Below are positions 18,390 through 28,511 of a stretch of 32,227 bases of DNA, piece by piece; the stretch's first letter is position 1; every line of letters begins with the position of its first letter. Made by a program: the position numbers and the translations under genes. The notes under the pieces were generated by a model, which saw only the letters and a program-made list of their open reading frames with translations, was not told where the DNA came from and ran no database searches. The stretch is from Deltaproteobacteria bacterium (GTDB lineage Bacteria > Myxococcota_A > UBA9160 > SMWR01): contig JAQBGU010000200.1 of the NCBI GenBank assembly GCA_032128375.1, forward strand, positions 1 to 32,227, given 5' to 3'.

Positions 18390-20114
18390 GTGAAAGAACG
18401 TCTCCAACAAGCATTGATTCAGGTTCTCAGCGAGATCGTCGGTCCCGACGGGGAGCTGCCGGAGATCGCACTCGAAACGCCGCGAAACCCGGATCACGGG
18501 GATTTCGCGTGCAACGCGGCAATGCTGCTTGCCAAGCAGCTCGGCGAGGCGCCGCGAGGAATCGCCGAACGGATCGTGGCGGCGCTGTCGGTCGGCTCGA
18601 GCCTGATCGCGCGTGCAGAAGTCGCTGGTCCTGGTTTTGTCAACATCTGGCTGAGCGGTGAACAATGGCACGAGCTCTTGCCGCGTGTGATGTCTGAAGA
18701 CCAGTTGTTTGGTCACAGCAAACGCGGTGCCGGTAAAAAAGTACAGGTGGAATTCGTGTCAGCCAACCCGACCGGACCGCTGACCCTCGGTCACGGCCGC
18801 CAAGGCGTATTGGGCGATTCGATCGCCAGGTTGCTGGAGGCGGGCGGCTACGAGGTGACCCGTGAGTACTATTTCAACAATGGTGGTCGCCAAATGCGGG
18901 TGCTGGGCGACTCCGTCCGGGCGCGATACCTGGAAGAGTTGGGCCGCGCCGCGCCGCCCGCGAGCACGTCATTCGAGAATCCTGATGCTGTGTATCCCGA
19001 TGAAATCGACGGGCTGCCCGTGGTGTTCCCGCGAGACGGCTACCAAGGCGACTACATTTCCGAGATTGCCCATTCGCTGGTGGAAGCTCACGGAGAGAGT
19101 CTGGTCGATGAACCCGGCGATGGTCTGTTCAAGCGCACCGCAGAAGACGAAATCTTCGCTGGCATTCGAAAGACACTCGACAGGATGCATATTCACTTCG
19201 ACGTATATGCGTGTGAAGTCGACCTCTACTCGGATGGCAAGATCGACCAGACGTTGGAAGCGCTCCGTGAGCGTGGACTCGTGTTCGACTCCGAGGGTGC
19301 CGTCTGGCTGAAGTCGACTTCGTTCGGGTTGAAACGGGACCGCGTGCTGGTCAAAAGCGGCGGCGAACCGACCTACCTGCTCCCTGATCTGGCGTATCAC
19401 TGCGAGAAGTTCCGACGCGGTTTTGAGCACGTCATCGACGTCCAGGGTGCCGACCATGGCGACCAGTTTCCCTACGTGAAGCGGACCGCGGAGGCGATCG
19501 GCTGTCCAGAGGACGCGATTGAATTGGTCATGCACCAATTTGTCACGCTGACTCGCGGAGGTGAGCAGGTCAAACAATCCACGCGGCAAGCCACCTACGT
19601 TACGGTCGACGAACTTCTCGACGAGATCAACATCGACGTTTTTCGCTACTTCATGGCCGAGCGAAAAAAGGAGGGGCATCTCGATTTCGACGTGGACCTC
19701 GCGAAAGAAACCGATTGGAAGAAGAACCCGGCTTTCTACGTCCAGTATGCACACGCGAGGTCTCATGGGATCTGCCGAAAGGCCAGCGCAGACGGCGTTG
19801 CGATCCCGGAGGCGTCGAGCATCGATGCCGCACCACTCGTTTTGCCCGAGGAAATCGAAATTCTGAAGAAGATCTCCGAGTTTCCGGAAGTAGTCGCCCG
19901 TGCTGGCGAAGCTCGGGAGCCCCACCACCTGGCGTACTACTTGAGGGAAGTGGCTGGATTGTGGAACCCCTACATCCAAGATGGTACGCGACACCGAGCC
20001 TTGTCTGATGATGCAAGCCTGACGCAGGCCAGGATCGGATTGGCGCGCGTCGTCGCTATTGTGTTGCGCAACGGGCTTTCGATGCTCGGGATTTCCGCAC
20101 CGGACAAGATGTGA
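18390..20114 (+). CDS. argS: Arginine--tRNA ligase
   Basis: HGDFACNAAM, GPGFVN, VEFVSANPTGPL, GADH, YVQYAHAR, LGISAPDKM; GTG start at 18390 inferred to avoid overlap. Confidence 0.97.
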   Translation: MKERLQQALIQVLSEIVGPDGELPEIALETPRNPDHGDFACNAAMLLAKQLGEAPRGIAERIVAALSVGSSLIARAEVAGPGFVNIWLSGEQWHELLPRVMSEDQLFGHSKRGAGKKVQVEFVSANPTGPLTLGHGRQGVLGDSIARLLEAGGYEVTREYYFNNGGRQMRVLGDSVRARYLEELGRAAPPASTSFENPDAVYPDEIDGLPVVFPRDGYQGDYISEIAHSLVEAHGESLVDEPGDGLFKRTAEDEIFAGIRKTLDRMHIHFDVYACEVDLYSDGKIDQTLEALRERGLVFDSEGAVWLKSTSFGLKRDRVLVKSGGEPTYLLPDLAYHCEKFRRGFEHVIDVQGADHGDQFPYVKRTAEAIGCPEDAIELVMHQFVTLTRGGEQVKQSTRQATYVTVDELLDEINIDVFRYFMAERKKEGHLDFDVDLAKETDWKKNPAFYVQYAHARSHGICRKASADGVAIPEASSIDAAPLVLPEEIEILKKISEFPEVVARAGEAREPHHLAYYLREVAGLWNPYIQDGTRHRALSDDASLTQARIGLARVVAIVLRNGLSMLGISAPDKM

Positions 20115-20794
20115 GCGCCGATCGACGTCCGGCCCGCGGGTTTTGGCGAAGCGGGTGGTTCCCGATGCTGATGCTTGGCGCAATCATTGTGTCTGCCGGG
20201 CTTGCGGTGGGGATCGTGGCGGGAGTGACATGGGAGGAGCCGGGTCTGGTGTTCGGGTGGCTTTCGGGTGAAACCGACGGCATCAAATGGGGCCTCGCGG
20301 AACGCGATATCGCCGAGTCGAGCCCCATTCCCGTTGGGGTTCTGGCCCCAGATGAGGAGCTGGTGCCAACTGCAGGCCTGATCGGTGTGATCGACGTCGC
20401 CGCACCGCCGCCATTGGGCGGCCGAACGGTTGACGCCCGCCGGTCCGGCGCCAGCGCCACTGCAGCGACCTCGCCTGCTGTGGATCGACCGAAACCCCAG
20501 CCCGCGTCCAGCCGCCCCTCCGATGGCCAAGGCGAACAAGAATCCGCGAAAATCGCTGAAACAGGCGATTTCTCCGTTCAGGTCGGAGCATTCTCCGAAA
20601 GGGAGGGGGCTGACGAGCTATCCGCGTCGTTGAGAAGAGCCGGATACCAGGTTTACTTGTCGGATAGCCAGCAAGGTGCACGCTGGCGCGTTCGGGTTGG
20701 TCCGCACACGACGCGAGCTGCAGCAGAAAACACTGCCAAGCGTCTGCAGGCATCGCAGAAGCTACCAACCTGGGTACTGCGAGAAGATTCATGA
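20111..20794 (+). CDS. SPOR-domain cell division protein (FtsN/DedD-like)
   Basis: N-terminal TM, Pro/Ala-rich linker, C-terminal VQVGAF…WRVRVGP SPOR motif; typical position after argS. Confidence 0.88.
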   Translation: MSADRRPARGFWRSGWFPMLMLGAIIVSAGLAVGIVAGVTWEEPGLVFGWLSGETDGIKWGLAERDIAESSPIPVGVLAPDEELVPTAGLIGVIDVAAPPPLGGRTVDARRSGASATAATSPAVDRPKPQPASSRPSDGQGEQESAKIAETGDFSVQVGAFSEREGADELSASLRRAGYQVYLSDSQQGARWRVRVGPHTTRAAAENTAKRLQASQKLPTWVLREDS

Positions 20795-21687
20795 CCTCGC
20801 GCTGGATCATTGCGGGATGTCGTGGTCAGCTGGGTACCGCGTTGGAACAACACCTGAGTTCTGATCCTGATTGCCAGGTCGTAGCCGCAGTCGATCTTCC
20901 CGAGGTCGACCTTGCAGACCGGGGCGCGGTGGCAGAGCTGTTCCGCGGGTTCGATTCCCCTCCAGATTTTCTGGTGAACGCTGCCGCCTTCACTCACGTC
21001 GACCGCTGCGAACGCGAGCCTGAAGCCGCACACCGGGGCAATGTGCTGGCCCCCGAGGTGCTCGCCGAGGCCTGTGTAAAGCACGGAGTAAGACTGGTCC
21101 ATGTTTCCACCGACTATGTGTTTGCGGGTGATTCCGAGACCCCGTACACAGAAGAGGATGCCCCGGCACCCCGATCCGGCTACGGAAGGACCAAGCTGGC
21201 TGGCGAGCAGGCAGTCTTGTCGCTGTGTCCAAATTCGCTCATTGTCCGGACCAGCTGGGTGTTTGGGCGTGGGCGCAACTTCATCGCCGCGATTCTCGAG
21301 CAGGCGCAAAAGCGTCGCACGGGCGAGCTGGAGGGCCCACTCAAGGTGGTAGCCGACCAGCACGGCCGGCCGACGTACGCTTACGACCTGGCTGAGGGAA
21401 TTCTTGGCCTACTGAAGCGGCCGGCCGATGGCATCTTTCACCTCGCCAACAGCGGTGTCGCGACTTGGTGGGATCTGGCTCGCGCCTGTCTCGACTACGC
21501 GGGCTTTTCAGATCTCAGCGTGGAGCGCATCCGAACCGATGAGCTGGTATTGGATGCGCCACGACCCGCATGGTCTGTGCTGGATACATCGAAGGCTGAG
21601 GCTGTGGGTGTCACAATGCGCAGCTGGCAGGATGCGCTTTCGGCGTACCTCGAATCGGACGAGTCCCCGATCGTGTCATCGATGTAG
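20791..21687 (+). CDS. rfbD: dTDP-4-dehydrorhamnose reductase
   Basis: GCRGQLG, NAAAFTHVD, HVSTDYVF, YGRTK, RTSWVF, RPAWSVLD. Confidence 0.93.
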   Translation: MTSRWIIAGCRGQLGTALEQHLSSDPDCQVVAAVDLPEVDLADRGAVAELFRGFDSPPDFLVNAAAFTHVDRCEREPEAAHRGNVLAPEVLAEACVKHGVRLVHVSTDYVFAGDSETPYTEEDAPAPRSGYGRTKLAGEQAVLSLCPNSLIVRTSWVFGRGRNFIAAILEQAQKRRTGELEGPLKVVADQHGRPTYAYDLAEGILGLLKRPADGIFHLANSGVATWWDLARACLDYAGFSDLSVERIRTDELVLDAPRPAWSVLDTSKAEAVGVTMRSWQDALSAYLESDESPIVSSM

Positions 21688-21799
21688 TCTCCGGTGTTCC
21701 CCTCCGAAAGCGGACCAAGAGGCGGGGCAGGTGAGACGCGAGCTGAAACGGCCCGGGTGCGCCGCAATAGTGGATTGAACCCGATTGGAGCGAATGGTC

Positions 21800-22780
21800 A
21801 TGAGTCGAGATCGTCGGATGCGCCGCATCCTGATTACAGGCGGTGCCGGCTTCATCGGGTCGCACATATGCCGTCGTTTTCTCGATGAAGGCTGCGAGGT
21901 GTTGGTGTTCGACAACCTGCTGACAGGCCGGATCGAGAACATCGAGCCGTTGCTTTCCCATCCGCGCTTCGAATTCCAGCACTACGACGTCACGAATCAT
22001 CTGTACGTTGCGGGCGATCTCGATGCGATCCTGCACTTTGCATCTCCGGCCAGCCCGGCCGATTTTGAGCGGTTGCCGATCCAAATTCTGAAGGTCGGCT
22101 CGCTTGGGACACACAAAGCACTCGGTCTGGCAAAGGCAAAGGGCGCCCGTTTCTTGCTGGCTAGCACGTCCGAATGTTATGGCGACCCGGAAATCAATCC
22201 GCAGCCCGAATCGTACTGGGGCAACGTCAACCCGATCGGGATTCGCGGTGTCTACGACGAGGCTAAGCGCTTCTCCGAGGCGATGACGATGGCCTACCAC
22301 CGTCACCACGACGTCGACGTCCGGATCGTACGGATCTTCAACACCTTTGGTCCGCGCATGCAGGTCGACGACGGGCGCGCAATTCCCAACTTCTTCCGGC
22401 AGGCCATCCGCGGCGATGATGTGACGCTGTTCGGCGACGGGTCGCAAACGCGCGCGTTCATGTATGTCGGCGATCTCGTCGAGGGTCTCTGGCGATTGCT
22501 GCACTGCAGTCATGTCGGTCCGGTCAACATCGGGAACCCCAATGAGATGTCGCTTTTGGCGATGGCGGAGAAGATCATCGAACTGACAGGCAGCGAGAGT
22601 TCGATCGTACGCATGCCGCTTCCTCCCGACGATCCGAAGGTGCGCTGTCCGGACATTTCCCTCGCCCGTCAGGTGCTCGACGATTGGTCGCCGCGCGTGT
22701 CGGTCAGCGATGGCCTGGAGCGGACGCGCGACTACTTCATCGAAGAACTGACTGGCAAGAGGGCTGACTCCGCATCGTGA
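21800..22780 (+). CDS. UDP-glucuronate decarboxylase (UDP-xylose synthase)-like extended SDR
   Basis: [38 protein letters not shown]…[26 protein letters not shown]; start could be 21794, 21800 or 21818. Confidence 0.88.
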   Translation: MSRDRRMRRILITGGAGFIGSHICRRFLDEGCEVLVFDNLLTGRIENIEPLLSHPRFEFQHYDVTNHLYVAGDLDAILHFASPASPADFERLPIQILKVGSLGTHKALGLAKAKGARFLLASTSECYGDPEINPQPESYWGNVNPIGIRGVYDEAKRFSEAMTMAYHRHHDVDVRIVRIFNTFGPRMQVDDGRAIPNFFRQAIRGDDVTLFGDGSQTRAFMYVGDLVEGLWRLLHCSHVGPVNIGNPNEMSLLAMAEKIIELTGSESSIVRMPLPPDDPKVRCPDISLARQVLDDWSPRVSVSDGLERTRDYFIEELTGKRADSAS

Positions 22781-24576
22781 CCGATCCGAAAATGATCCGA
22801 AATTTCAGCATCATTGCCCATATCGACCACGGCAAGAGCACGCTGGCCGATCGACTCCTCGAGGCGACCGGCTCGCTTTCGAACCGCGAGCAGAAAGACC
22901 AGTTTCTCGACAATATGGATCTCGAACGCGAGCGCGGGATCACCATCAAAGCCCAGACGGCGCGCATGTACTACACCGCACCAGATGGGAATCAGTACGT
23001 GCTGAACCTGATCGACACTCCCGGACACGTGGACTTCTCCTACGAAGTCTCTCGGGCGCTGCAGGCCTGTGAAGGCGCCGTGCTGGTCGTCGACGCCGCG
23101 CAGGGGATCGAGGCCCAGACACTCGCGAACGCCTACCTTGCGATCGACGAGGATCTCGAAATCGTTGCGGTGGTGAACAAGATCGACCTGCCGTCGGCCG
23201 ACCCGGACAGAGTCGCTGAAGAGATCGAAGAAGTGATCGGCCTCGATGCGGCCGATGTCTTGCATGTGTCGGCCAAGACCGGTGCGGGTATTTCGGAATT
23301 GCTCGAGCGCATTGTGGCTGTGGTTCCGGCGCCGAGCGGAGACCCGAACGCCGAACTGCGCGCGCTGATCTTCGACGCGTGGTTCGATTCCTACGTGGGC
23401 GTGATCATGCTCGTTCGCCTCATGGATGGACGTCTCACGCGCAAGACGAAAATCAAGATGCTCGCCCAAGGCTACGAACGGGACGTTTCCGCGCTGAACG
23501 TTATCGACCCACATCCGCGCCCAGTCGAGGAACTGGCGGCGGGCGAGGTGGGTCTTGTGATTGCCGGAATCAAGACGCTCGGAGACGTCAAGATTGGCGA
23601 TACGATTACCGATGCCGCGAGGCCAAGTGATCAGCCGCTTCCCGGTTTTCGCGTCGCCAAGCCGATGGTGTTCTCGGGCCTGTATCCTGTCGACTCCGAA
23701 GACTACGAGGCCTTGAAGGTTGCGTTACAGAAGCTCTGCTTGAACGATTCGTCGCTCCATTACGAGCCCGAGACGAGTGTCGCGCTCGGCTTCGGATTTC
23801 GTTGCGGATTCTTGGGGTTTCTACACAACGAAATTGTCCAGGAACGGCTCGAACGCGAGTACGGCCTGAATCTGATCACGACCGTACCGACAGTGCGCTA
23901 CCGCGTGATCCTGAATTCTGGGGACTCGATCGAGATCGAGAGTCCCGCTGCACTCCCCACCAATGACGCAGTCTCGCGAATCGAAGAACCGATGATCCTG
24001 GCGACCATTCATGTTCCCCAGGAACATGTCGGTGCGGTCCTCAACCTGTGCCAGGAGCGGCGCGGGACGCAGGTCGACATGGCGCATCACCGCTCGCGGG
24101 TTCAGGTGCGCTACAAACTGCCGCTTTCTGAGGTCGTGCTCGACTTCCACGATCGAATCAAGAGCGCGACGCGGGGCTATGGCTCGTTTGACTACGATTT
24201 GACCGACTACCAGCCGGCTGATCTGGTCAAGCTTGATGTCCTGGTCAACGGAGAACCCGTCGATGCGTTGTCGATGATCGTCCACCGTGACGCCGCGTAT
24301 GGCCGGGGCAACGAGCTCACGCGAAAGCTCAAGGAATTCATTCCCCGACAGATGTACGAGGTGGCGATCCAGGCCTCGATTGGCGCCAAGGTGATCGCAC
24401 GCACAACCGTCAAAGCACTGCGCAAGAATGTCACGGCCAAGTGCTACGGTGGCGATATTACACGCAAGCGGAAGCTGCTCGAGAAGCAAAAGGAAGGAAA
24501 AAAACGCATGAAGAAGGTGGGATCGGTAGAAATCCCGCAGGAGGCGTTTCTGGCCGCATTGAAGCTTGGGGATTAG
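22777..24576 (+). CDS. lepA: Translation factor LepA (EF-4)
   Basis: [44 protein letters not shown]. Confidence 0.99.
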   Translation: MTDPKMIRNFSIIAHIDHGKSTLADRLLEATGSLSNREQKDQFLDNMDLERERGITIKAQTARMYYTAPDGNQYVLNLIDTPGHVDFSYEVSRALQACEGAVLVVDAAQGIEAQTLANAYLAIDEDLEIVAVVNKIDLPSADPDRVAEEIEEVIGLDAADVLHVSAKTGAGISELLERIVAVVPAPSGDPNAELRALIFDAWFDSYVGVIMLVRLMDGRLTRKTKIKMLAQGYERDVSALNVIDPHPRPVEELAAGEVGLVIAGIKTLGDVKIGDTITDAARPSDQPLPGFRVAKPMVFSGLYPVDSEDYEALKVALQKLCLNDSSLHYEPETSVALGFGFRCGFLGFLHNEIVQERLEREYGLNLITTVPTVRYRVILNSGDSIEIESPAALPTNDAVSRIEEPMILATIHVPQEHVGAVLNLCQERRGTQVDMAHHRSRVQVRYKLPLSEVVLDFHDRIKSATRGYGSFDYDLTDYQPADLVKLDVLVNGEPVDALSMIVHRDAAYGRGNELTRKLKEFIPRQMYEVAIQASIGAKVIARTTVKALRKNVTAKCYGGDITRKRKLLEKQKEGKKRMKKVGSVEIPQEAFLAALKLGD

Positions 24577-25410
24577 ATGGTGACAGCCGATTCAAAGAAG
24601 GATTCGAAGGGAGCCAAGTTCGCCGCCGCTGCGGGCCAGCCGGTGGTGGCGGGCGTGGGGCAGCGCAGAGCGGGCGGCGGGCTCCGCGAGCAGGTGACCA
24701 CACTCGCCTTGGCCATCCTCATTGCACTCAGCGTGCGGCACTTCGCGATCGAGCCGTTTCGGATCCCGTCCGGGTCGATGTTTCCGACCTTGCTGATCGG
24801 TGATCATCTATTTGTCAACAAATTCATCTATGGCGCAAAGATCCCGTTCACCGACTATCGGCTGCCGAGCATTCGTGAACCAGAACGCGGCGACGTTGTG
24901 GTCTTTACGGTGGCGAAGCAGGGAAACAACACCTATCCCGCTGACCTGAAACCTGACCTGCCGCGAGAGGAATTCGTGAAGCGGGTGATTGGCCTTCCGG
25001 GCGACGAGATCGACTTTCGCGCCGGAAAATTCTACGTCAACGGCGAGGTCATCGACACGGCCTCGCTAGACGAACCGTTCGTCGACCCAACGGGTACCAG
25101 GCTCGACCAGTCTGAGATGTCGTTGGGAGACCACGACTTCGTAATTCTCGATGACCCCAGGCGCTTGGGCCCCCGCGCAGACTGGCCAGTACGTGTCGAG
25201 CCGGGCCGCTATTTCATGATGGGCGACAACCGCGACAACTCGAAGGACAGTCGCGTCTGGGGAACAGTCCGGTTCGAAGAATTCCGCGGGCCCGCTTTCA
25301 TCCTGTACTACTCCTGGGACTTCAACGGTGGCTGGCTGGAGGTCATCAACCCCCTGACCTGGTGGCGGGCGGAGAAGCGTTGGGGCCGCTTTGGCCAGAT
25401 CGTGCACTGA
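24577..25410 (+). CDS. lepB: Signal peptidase I
   Basis: IPSGSM (catalytic Ser), FVKRVIG (Lys), GDNRDNSKDSR; follows lepA. Confidence 0.97.
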   Translation: MVTADSKKDSKGAKFAAAAGQPVVAGVGQRRAGGGLREQVTTLALAILIALSVRHFAIEPFRIPSGSMFPTLLIGDHLFVNKFIYGAKIPFTDYRLPSIREPERGDVVVFTVAKQGNNTYPADLKPDLPREEFVKRVIGLPGDEIDFRAGKFYVNGEVIDTASLDEPFVDPTGTRLDQSEMSLGDHDFVILDDPRRLGPRADWPVRVEPGRYFMMGDNRDNSKDSRVWGTVRFEEFRGPAFILYYSWDFNGGWLEVINPLTWWRAEKRWGRFGQIVH

Positions 25411-25600
25411 ATCGTGCACGAAAGAGTGCGAGCCCAAACGACGCCTTGAAGCACACAACGAAGCCGCGCGCAGTCTCGCGAGCGCTGGCGAAACCCGCGG
25501 ATCTATTCGGCGTTTCCTGACCGGGCCGGTTTGCGAGCCGATATTTCAAAAGGCGCACATCAGTACCAGCCAACTCCAGAACGCGAGTTGGAGCGCCGAT

Positions 25601-25628
25601 TTGACGCGCGCGCAACGACGGTTATTCT
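25601..25628 (+). promoter_or_regulatory. Putative sigma70-type promoter of the pyr operon
   Basis: TTGACG-N16-TATTCT just upstream of the PyrR-binding hairpin. Confidence 0.6.
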
Positions 25629-25641
25629 CCGTCCGGTTCAG

Positions 25642-25674
25642 CCCTTTTAATTCCGTCCCGTGAGACGGAGAAAG
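25642..25674 (+). promoter_or_regulatory. PyrR-binding RNA hairpin
   Basis: CUUU-UAA-UUCCGUC-CCGUGA-GACGGAG-AAAG resembles the PyrR binding loop (CUUUAA…RUCCNGNGAGGY…AAG); directly upstream of pyrR. Confidence 0.85.
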
Positions 25675-25681
25675 CGCGGTC

Positions 25682-26296
25682 GTGACACCCTCTGAGCTCA
25701 CCTCATCGAAACCCCGCTCACCGAGCGCGCCCGAACGCAACCAGAAGACCGTTCTCAATGACGTTGGGATTCGCCGCGCTCTGATGCGGATCTCGCATGA
25801 GATCCTGGAACGCTGCGACGACCTCGAGCGGCTGTACCTGGTGGCGATTCCCAATGGTGGTGTCCCGCTCGCGCGGATTCTGTGCGCGAACTTGAAGGAG
25901 ATCGCCGAGGTCGAGGTAGTCGTGGGTGTGCTCGATACCACGCTGTACCGCGACGACCTCAATTCCCGCAACGAGCGCCCGTTGCTGCGCGATACGGAAA
26001 TGCCGTCGGCGGTCGACGATCGCTTCGTCGTGCTTGTGGACGACGTGGTAAAAACGGGTCGAACGATCCGGGCCGCGATGGATGCGCTGATGGATTTCGG
26101 CCGGCCGCGAATCGTACAGGTGGTGGGCCTGGTCGATCGCGGTCACAGGGAGTTGCCGATCAAGATCGACTACGTGGGCAAGAATCTGCCGACTGAAGCG
26201 ACGGAATTGGTTCAGTTGAGAGGCGATCGCGGCGGCCTCGAGGGTGCACTCGAGGTCGTGGTGACTGATGCAAAGGAACCTGGGGGGACGCCGTGA
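25682..26296 (+). CDS. pyrR: Bifunctional pyrimidine regulator PyrR / uracil phosphoribosyltransferase
   Basis: RRALMRISHEILE, TLYRDD, LVDDV..TGRTIRAAMDAL, VDRGHRELPI…DYVGKN. Confidence 0.95.
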   Translation: MTPSELTSSKPRSPSAPERNQKTVLNDVGIRRALMRISHEILERCDDLERLYLVAIPNGGVPLARILCANLKEIAEVEVVVGVLDTTLYRDDLNSRNERPLLRDTEMPSAVDDRFVVLVDDVVKTGRTIRAAMDALMDFGRPRIVQVVGLVDRGHRELPIKIDYVGKNLPTEATELVQLRGDRGGLEGALEVVVTDAKEPGGTP

Positions 26297-27222
26297 TCGG
26301 AACGGACCTGCTGGCCATTGAAGATCTGGAGCGCGAGTCGATCGAACGGATCCTACACACGGCTGAACGAATGCAAGAGATCGGCACCCGCGTGGTCAAG
26401 AAGGTTCCGACACTGCGCGGTCGCACCGTAGTCAACCTGTTCTTCGAGCCTTCGACCCGGACACGCGCGAGCTTCGAGATTGCGGGTAAACGCCTGTCTG
26501 CAGACGTCATCAACTTTGCGCCGGGCTCATCGAGCATCAAGAAGGCGGAAAGCATCCTGGACACGGCGCGCACGCTCGATGCGATGGACCCCGACGTCGT
26601 GATCGTTCGTCACGGCGTGGCAGGGGTGCCCAAACGTATCGCCGATGTGTTGTGCGCCCCCGTGATCAATGCAGGCGATGGCGCCCACGAGCACCCCACA
26701 CAAGCGCTGTTGGACCTGTTCACGGTCAAGCAACAGAAGGGCCGGATCGACGGGCTGACCATTGCGATCGTCGGCGACATCCTGCACTCGCGGGTCGCCC
26801 GATCGAACATCTATGGGTTTTCCAAGATGGGTGCGGAAGTGCGGATCGCGGCACCACCGCCGATGATCCCCGCAGCGATCGAGACTCTCGGGGTCAAGGC
26901 GTTCACGTCTTTGCGCGAGGCTCTCGATGGCGCCGATGTCGTGATGGCGCTGCGGATCCAGACTGAGCGCCTATCCGGCACCTATCTGCCGAGCGTTCGC
27001 GAATATTCGGCAACGTTCGGGATCGATCGCAAGACACTCCGCTATGCGAAAGACGACGTGATCGTGATGCACCCGGGACCGGTCAATCGGGGAGTCGAGT
27101 TGTCCCACGACCTCACAGACCATCGGCCGGGCGTAATCCTCGACCAGGTGCGCAACGGGGTCGCGATCAGGATGGCGGTTCTTTATCTGATTGCAGGCCG
27201 CGCGGAGCAAACGAGCACGTGA
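26293..27222 (+). CDS. pyrB: Aspartate carbamoyltransferase catalytic subunit
   Basis: FFEPSTRTR, NAGDGAHEHPTQ, HSRVARS, MHPGP. Confidence 0.98.
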   Translation: MIGTDLLAIEDLERESIERILHTAERMQEIGTRVVKKVPTLRGRTVVNLFFEPSTRTRASFEIAGKRLSADVINFAPGSSSIKKAESILDTARTLDAMDPDVVIVRHGVAGVPKRIADVLCAPVINAGDGAHEHPTQALLDLFTVKQQKGRIDGLTIAIVGDILHSRVARSNIYGFSKMGAEVRIAAPPPMIPAAIETLGVKAFTSLREALDGADVVMALRIQTERLSGTYLPSVREYSATFGIDRKTLRYAKDDVIVMHPGPVNRGVELSHDLTDHRPGVILDQVRNGVAIRMAVLYLIAGRAEQTST

Positions 27223-28511
27223 GCAAACTACTGATTCGTGGGGGTCGGGTACTCGACCCGGCTTCGAACCGGGATGAGCAGGCCGATGTGCTGATCGACG
27301 GGGGCCGAATCTCAGCCATCGGGGCGTCGCTCGATGCGGCGGGCGCCGAAGTGATCGATGCGACTGGCTGCTGGGTAGCCCCGGGTTTTGTCGATCTCCA
27401 CGCCCACCTGCGCGAACCCGGTCAGGAGTACAAGGAAGACATCGGCTCAGGTGGTCGATCTGCCGTCGCGGGTGGATTTACATCGGTAGCCTGTATGGCG
27501 AACACCGACCCGGTCAACGACGACCCTGCGATGACCGATTTCATCCTGGATCGAGCCAAGCAGAGCTCTCCGGCGAGGATCTACCCGATCGCGGCGGCGA
27601 CGAAGGGTCTGAAGGGTGAGGTGATGACCGAGATGTCGGCGCTCAAGGCCGCCGGCGCGGTTGCATTCAGCGATGACGGAAAAACCATCATGGATGCGGC
27701 GGTGATGCGACATGTGCTCGAGTATTCGCGGCTCGTCGAGTGCCCGGTGATCACCCACGCCGAAGACCGAAAACTGGTCGGGGATGGCGTCGTCAACGAA
27801 GGACCGATTTCCACCAGGCTTGGTTTGCCGGCGAACCCCTCGCTGGCTGAGGATGTGATGGTGGTGCGCGACCTGATGCTCGCCGAAATGGTCGGAGCCC
27901 ACATTCACATCGCCCACGTCTCGAGCAAGGGAGCGGTGTCGGCGATCCGCCTGGCACGCGAGCGGGGCGTCTGCGTGACCGCCGAAGTTACACCGCATCA
28001 CCTGGCGTTGACTGATGAAGCCGTTCTTGGCTACGACACCAATACCAAGGTGGCGCCGCCGCTGCGCTCTGCCGCTGATGTGCTGGCGTGTCGCGCGGGA
28101 CTCGTCGATGGCACGATCGACGCGGTGGCAACCGATCATGCCCCCCACGCGATGCACGAGAAAGATCTGGAATTTACCGTTGCTCCGCCGGGGCTGTTGG
28201 GTTTCGAGACGGCGTTCGCGGTGGTGATGGACCTGGTCCGCCAGGGCGAGTTGTCGCCGCTGGAACTGATGCGACGAATGTCGACAAACCCCGCGAAGAT
28301 CATCGATCGTCCAGGCGGCAGCCTGGCCGTCGGGGAAGTGGCCGATGTGGTCGTGTTGGATCCCGAATTGCGCTGGATCTACGACCCCGCCAAGGGCTTT
28401 TCGAAGAGCCGGAACTCGCCCTGGGCGGGCCAGGAAATGCAGGGCCGTGTGATGGCGACATTGGTGGGTGGCAAAACGGTGTATGACGTCGAAAAAGGTG
28501 TGCTGACATGA
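27219..28511 (+). CDS. pyrC: Dihydroorotase (long type, metal ligands intact)
   Basis: [33 protein letters not shown]. Confidence 0.96.
   Translation: MSKLLIRGGRVLDPASNRDEQADVLIDGGRISAIGASLDAAGAEVIDATGCWVAPGFVDLHAHLREPGQEYKEDIGSGGRSAVAGGFTSVACMANTDPVNDDPAMTDFILDRAKQSSPARIYPIAAATKGLKGEVMTEMSALKAAGAVAFSDDGKTIMDAAVMRHVLEYSRLVECPVITHAEDRKLVGDGVVNEGPISTRLGLPANPSLAEDVMVVRDLMLAEMVGAHIHIAHVSSKGAVSAIRLARERGVCVTAEVTPHHLALTDEAVLGYDTNTKVAPPLRSAADVLACRAGLVDGTIDAVATDHAPHAMHEKDLEFTVAPPGLLGFETAFAVVMDLVRQGELSPLELMRRMSTNPAKIIDRPGGSLAVGEVADVVVLDPELRWIYDPAKGFSKSRNSPWAGQEMQGRVMATLVGGKTVYDVEKGVLT

Noticed and set aside
25570..25591. CCAACTC/GAGTTGG hairpin as the lepB terminator
   Set aside because: Only a 7-bp stem and no following U-tract; cannot be supported as an intrinsic terminator.
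25391..25663. 90-aa ORF in the lepB-pyrR spacer
   Set aside because: Overlaps lepB, the promoter and the PyrR hairpin; no RBS or protein-like features.
27219..28511. pyrC as an inactive PyrC' scaffold
   Set aside because: The metal-binding HxH, later His residues and catalytic Asp (TDHAPH) are all present.
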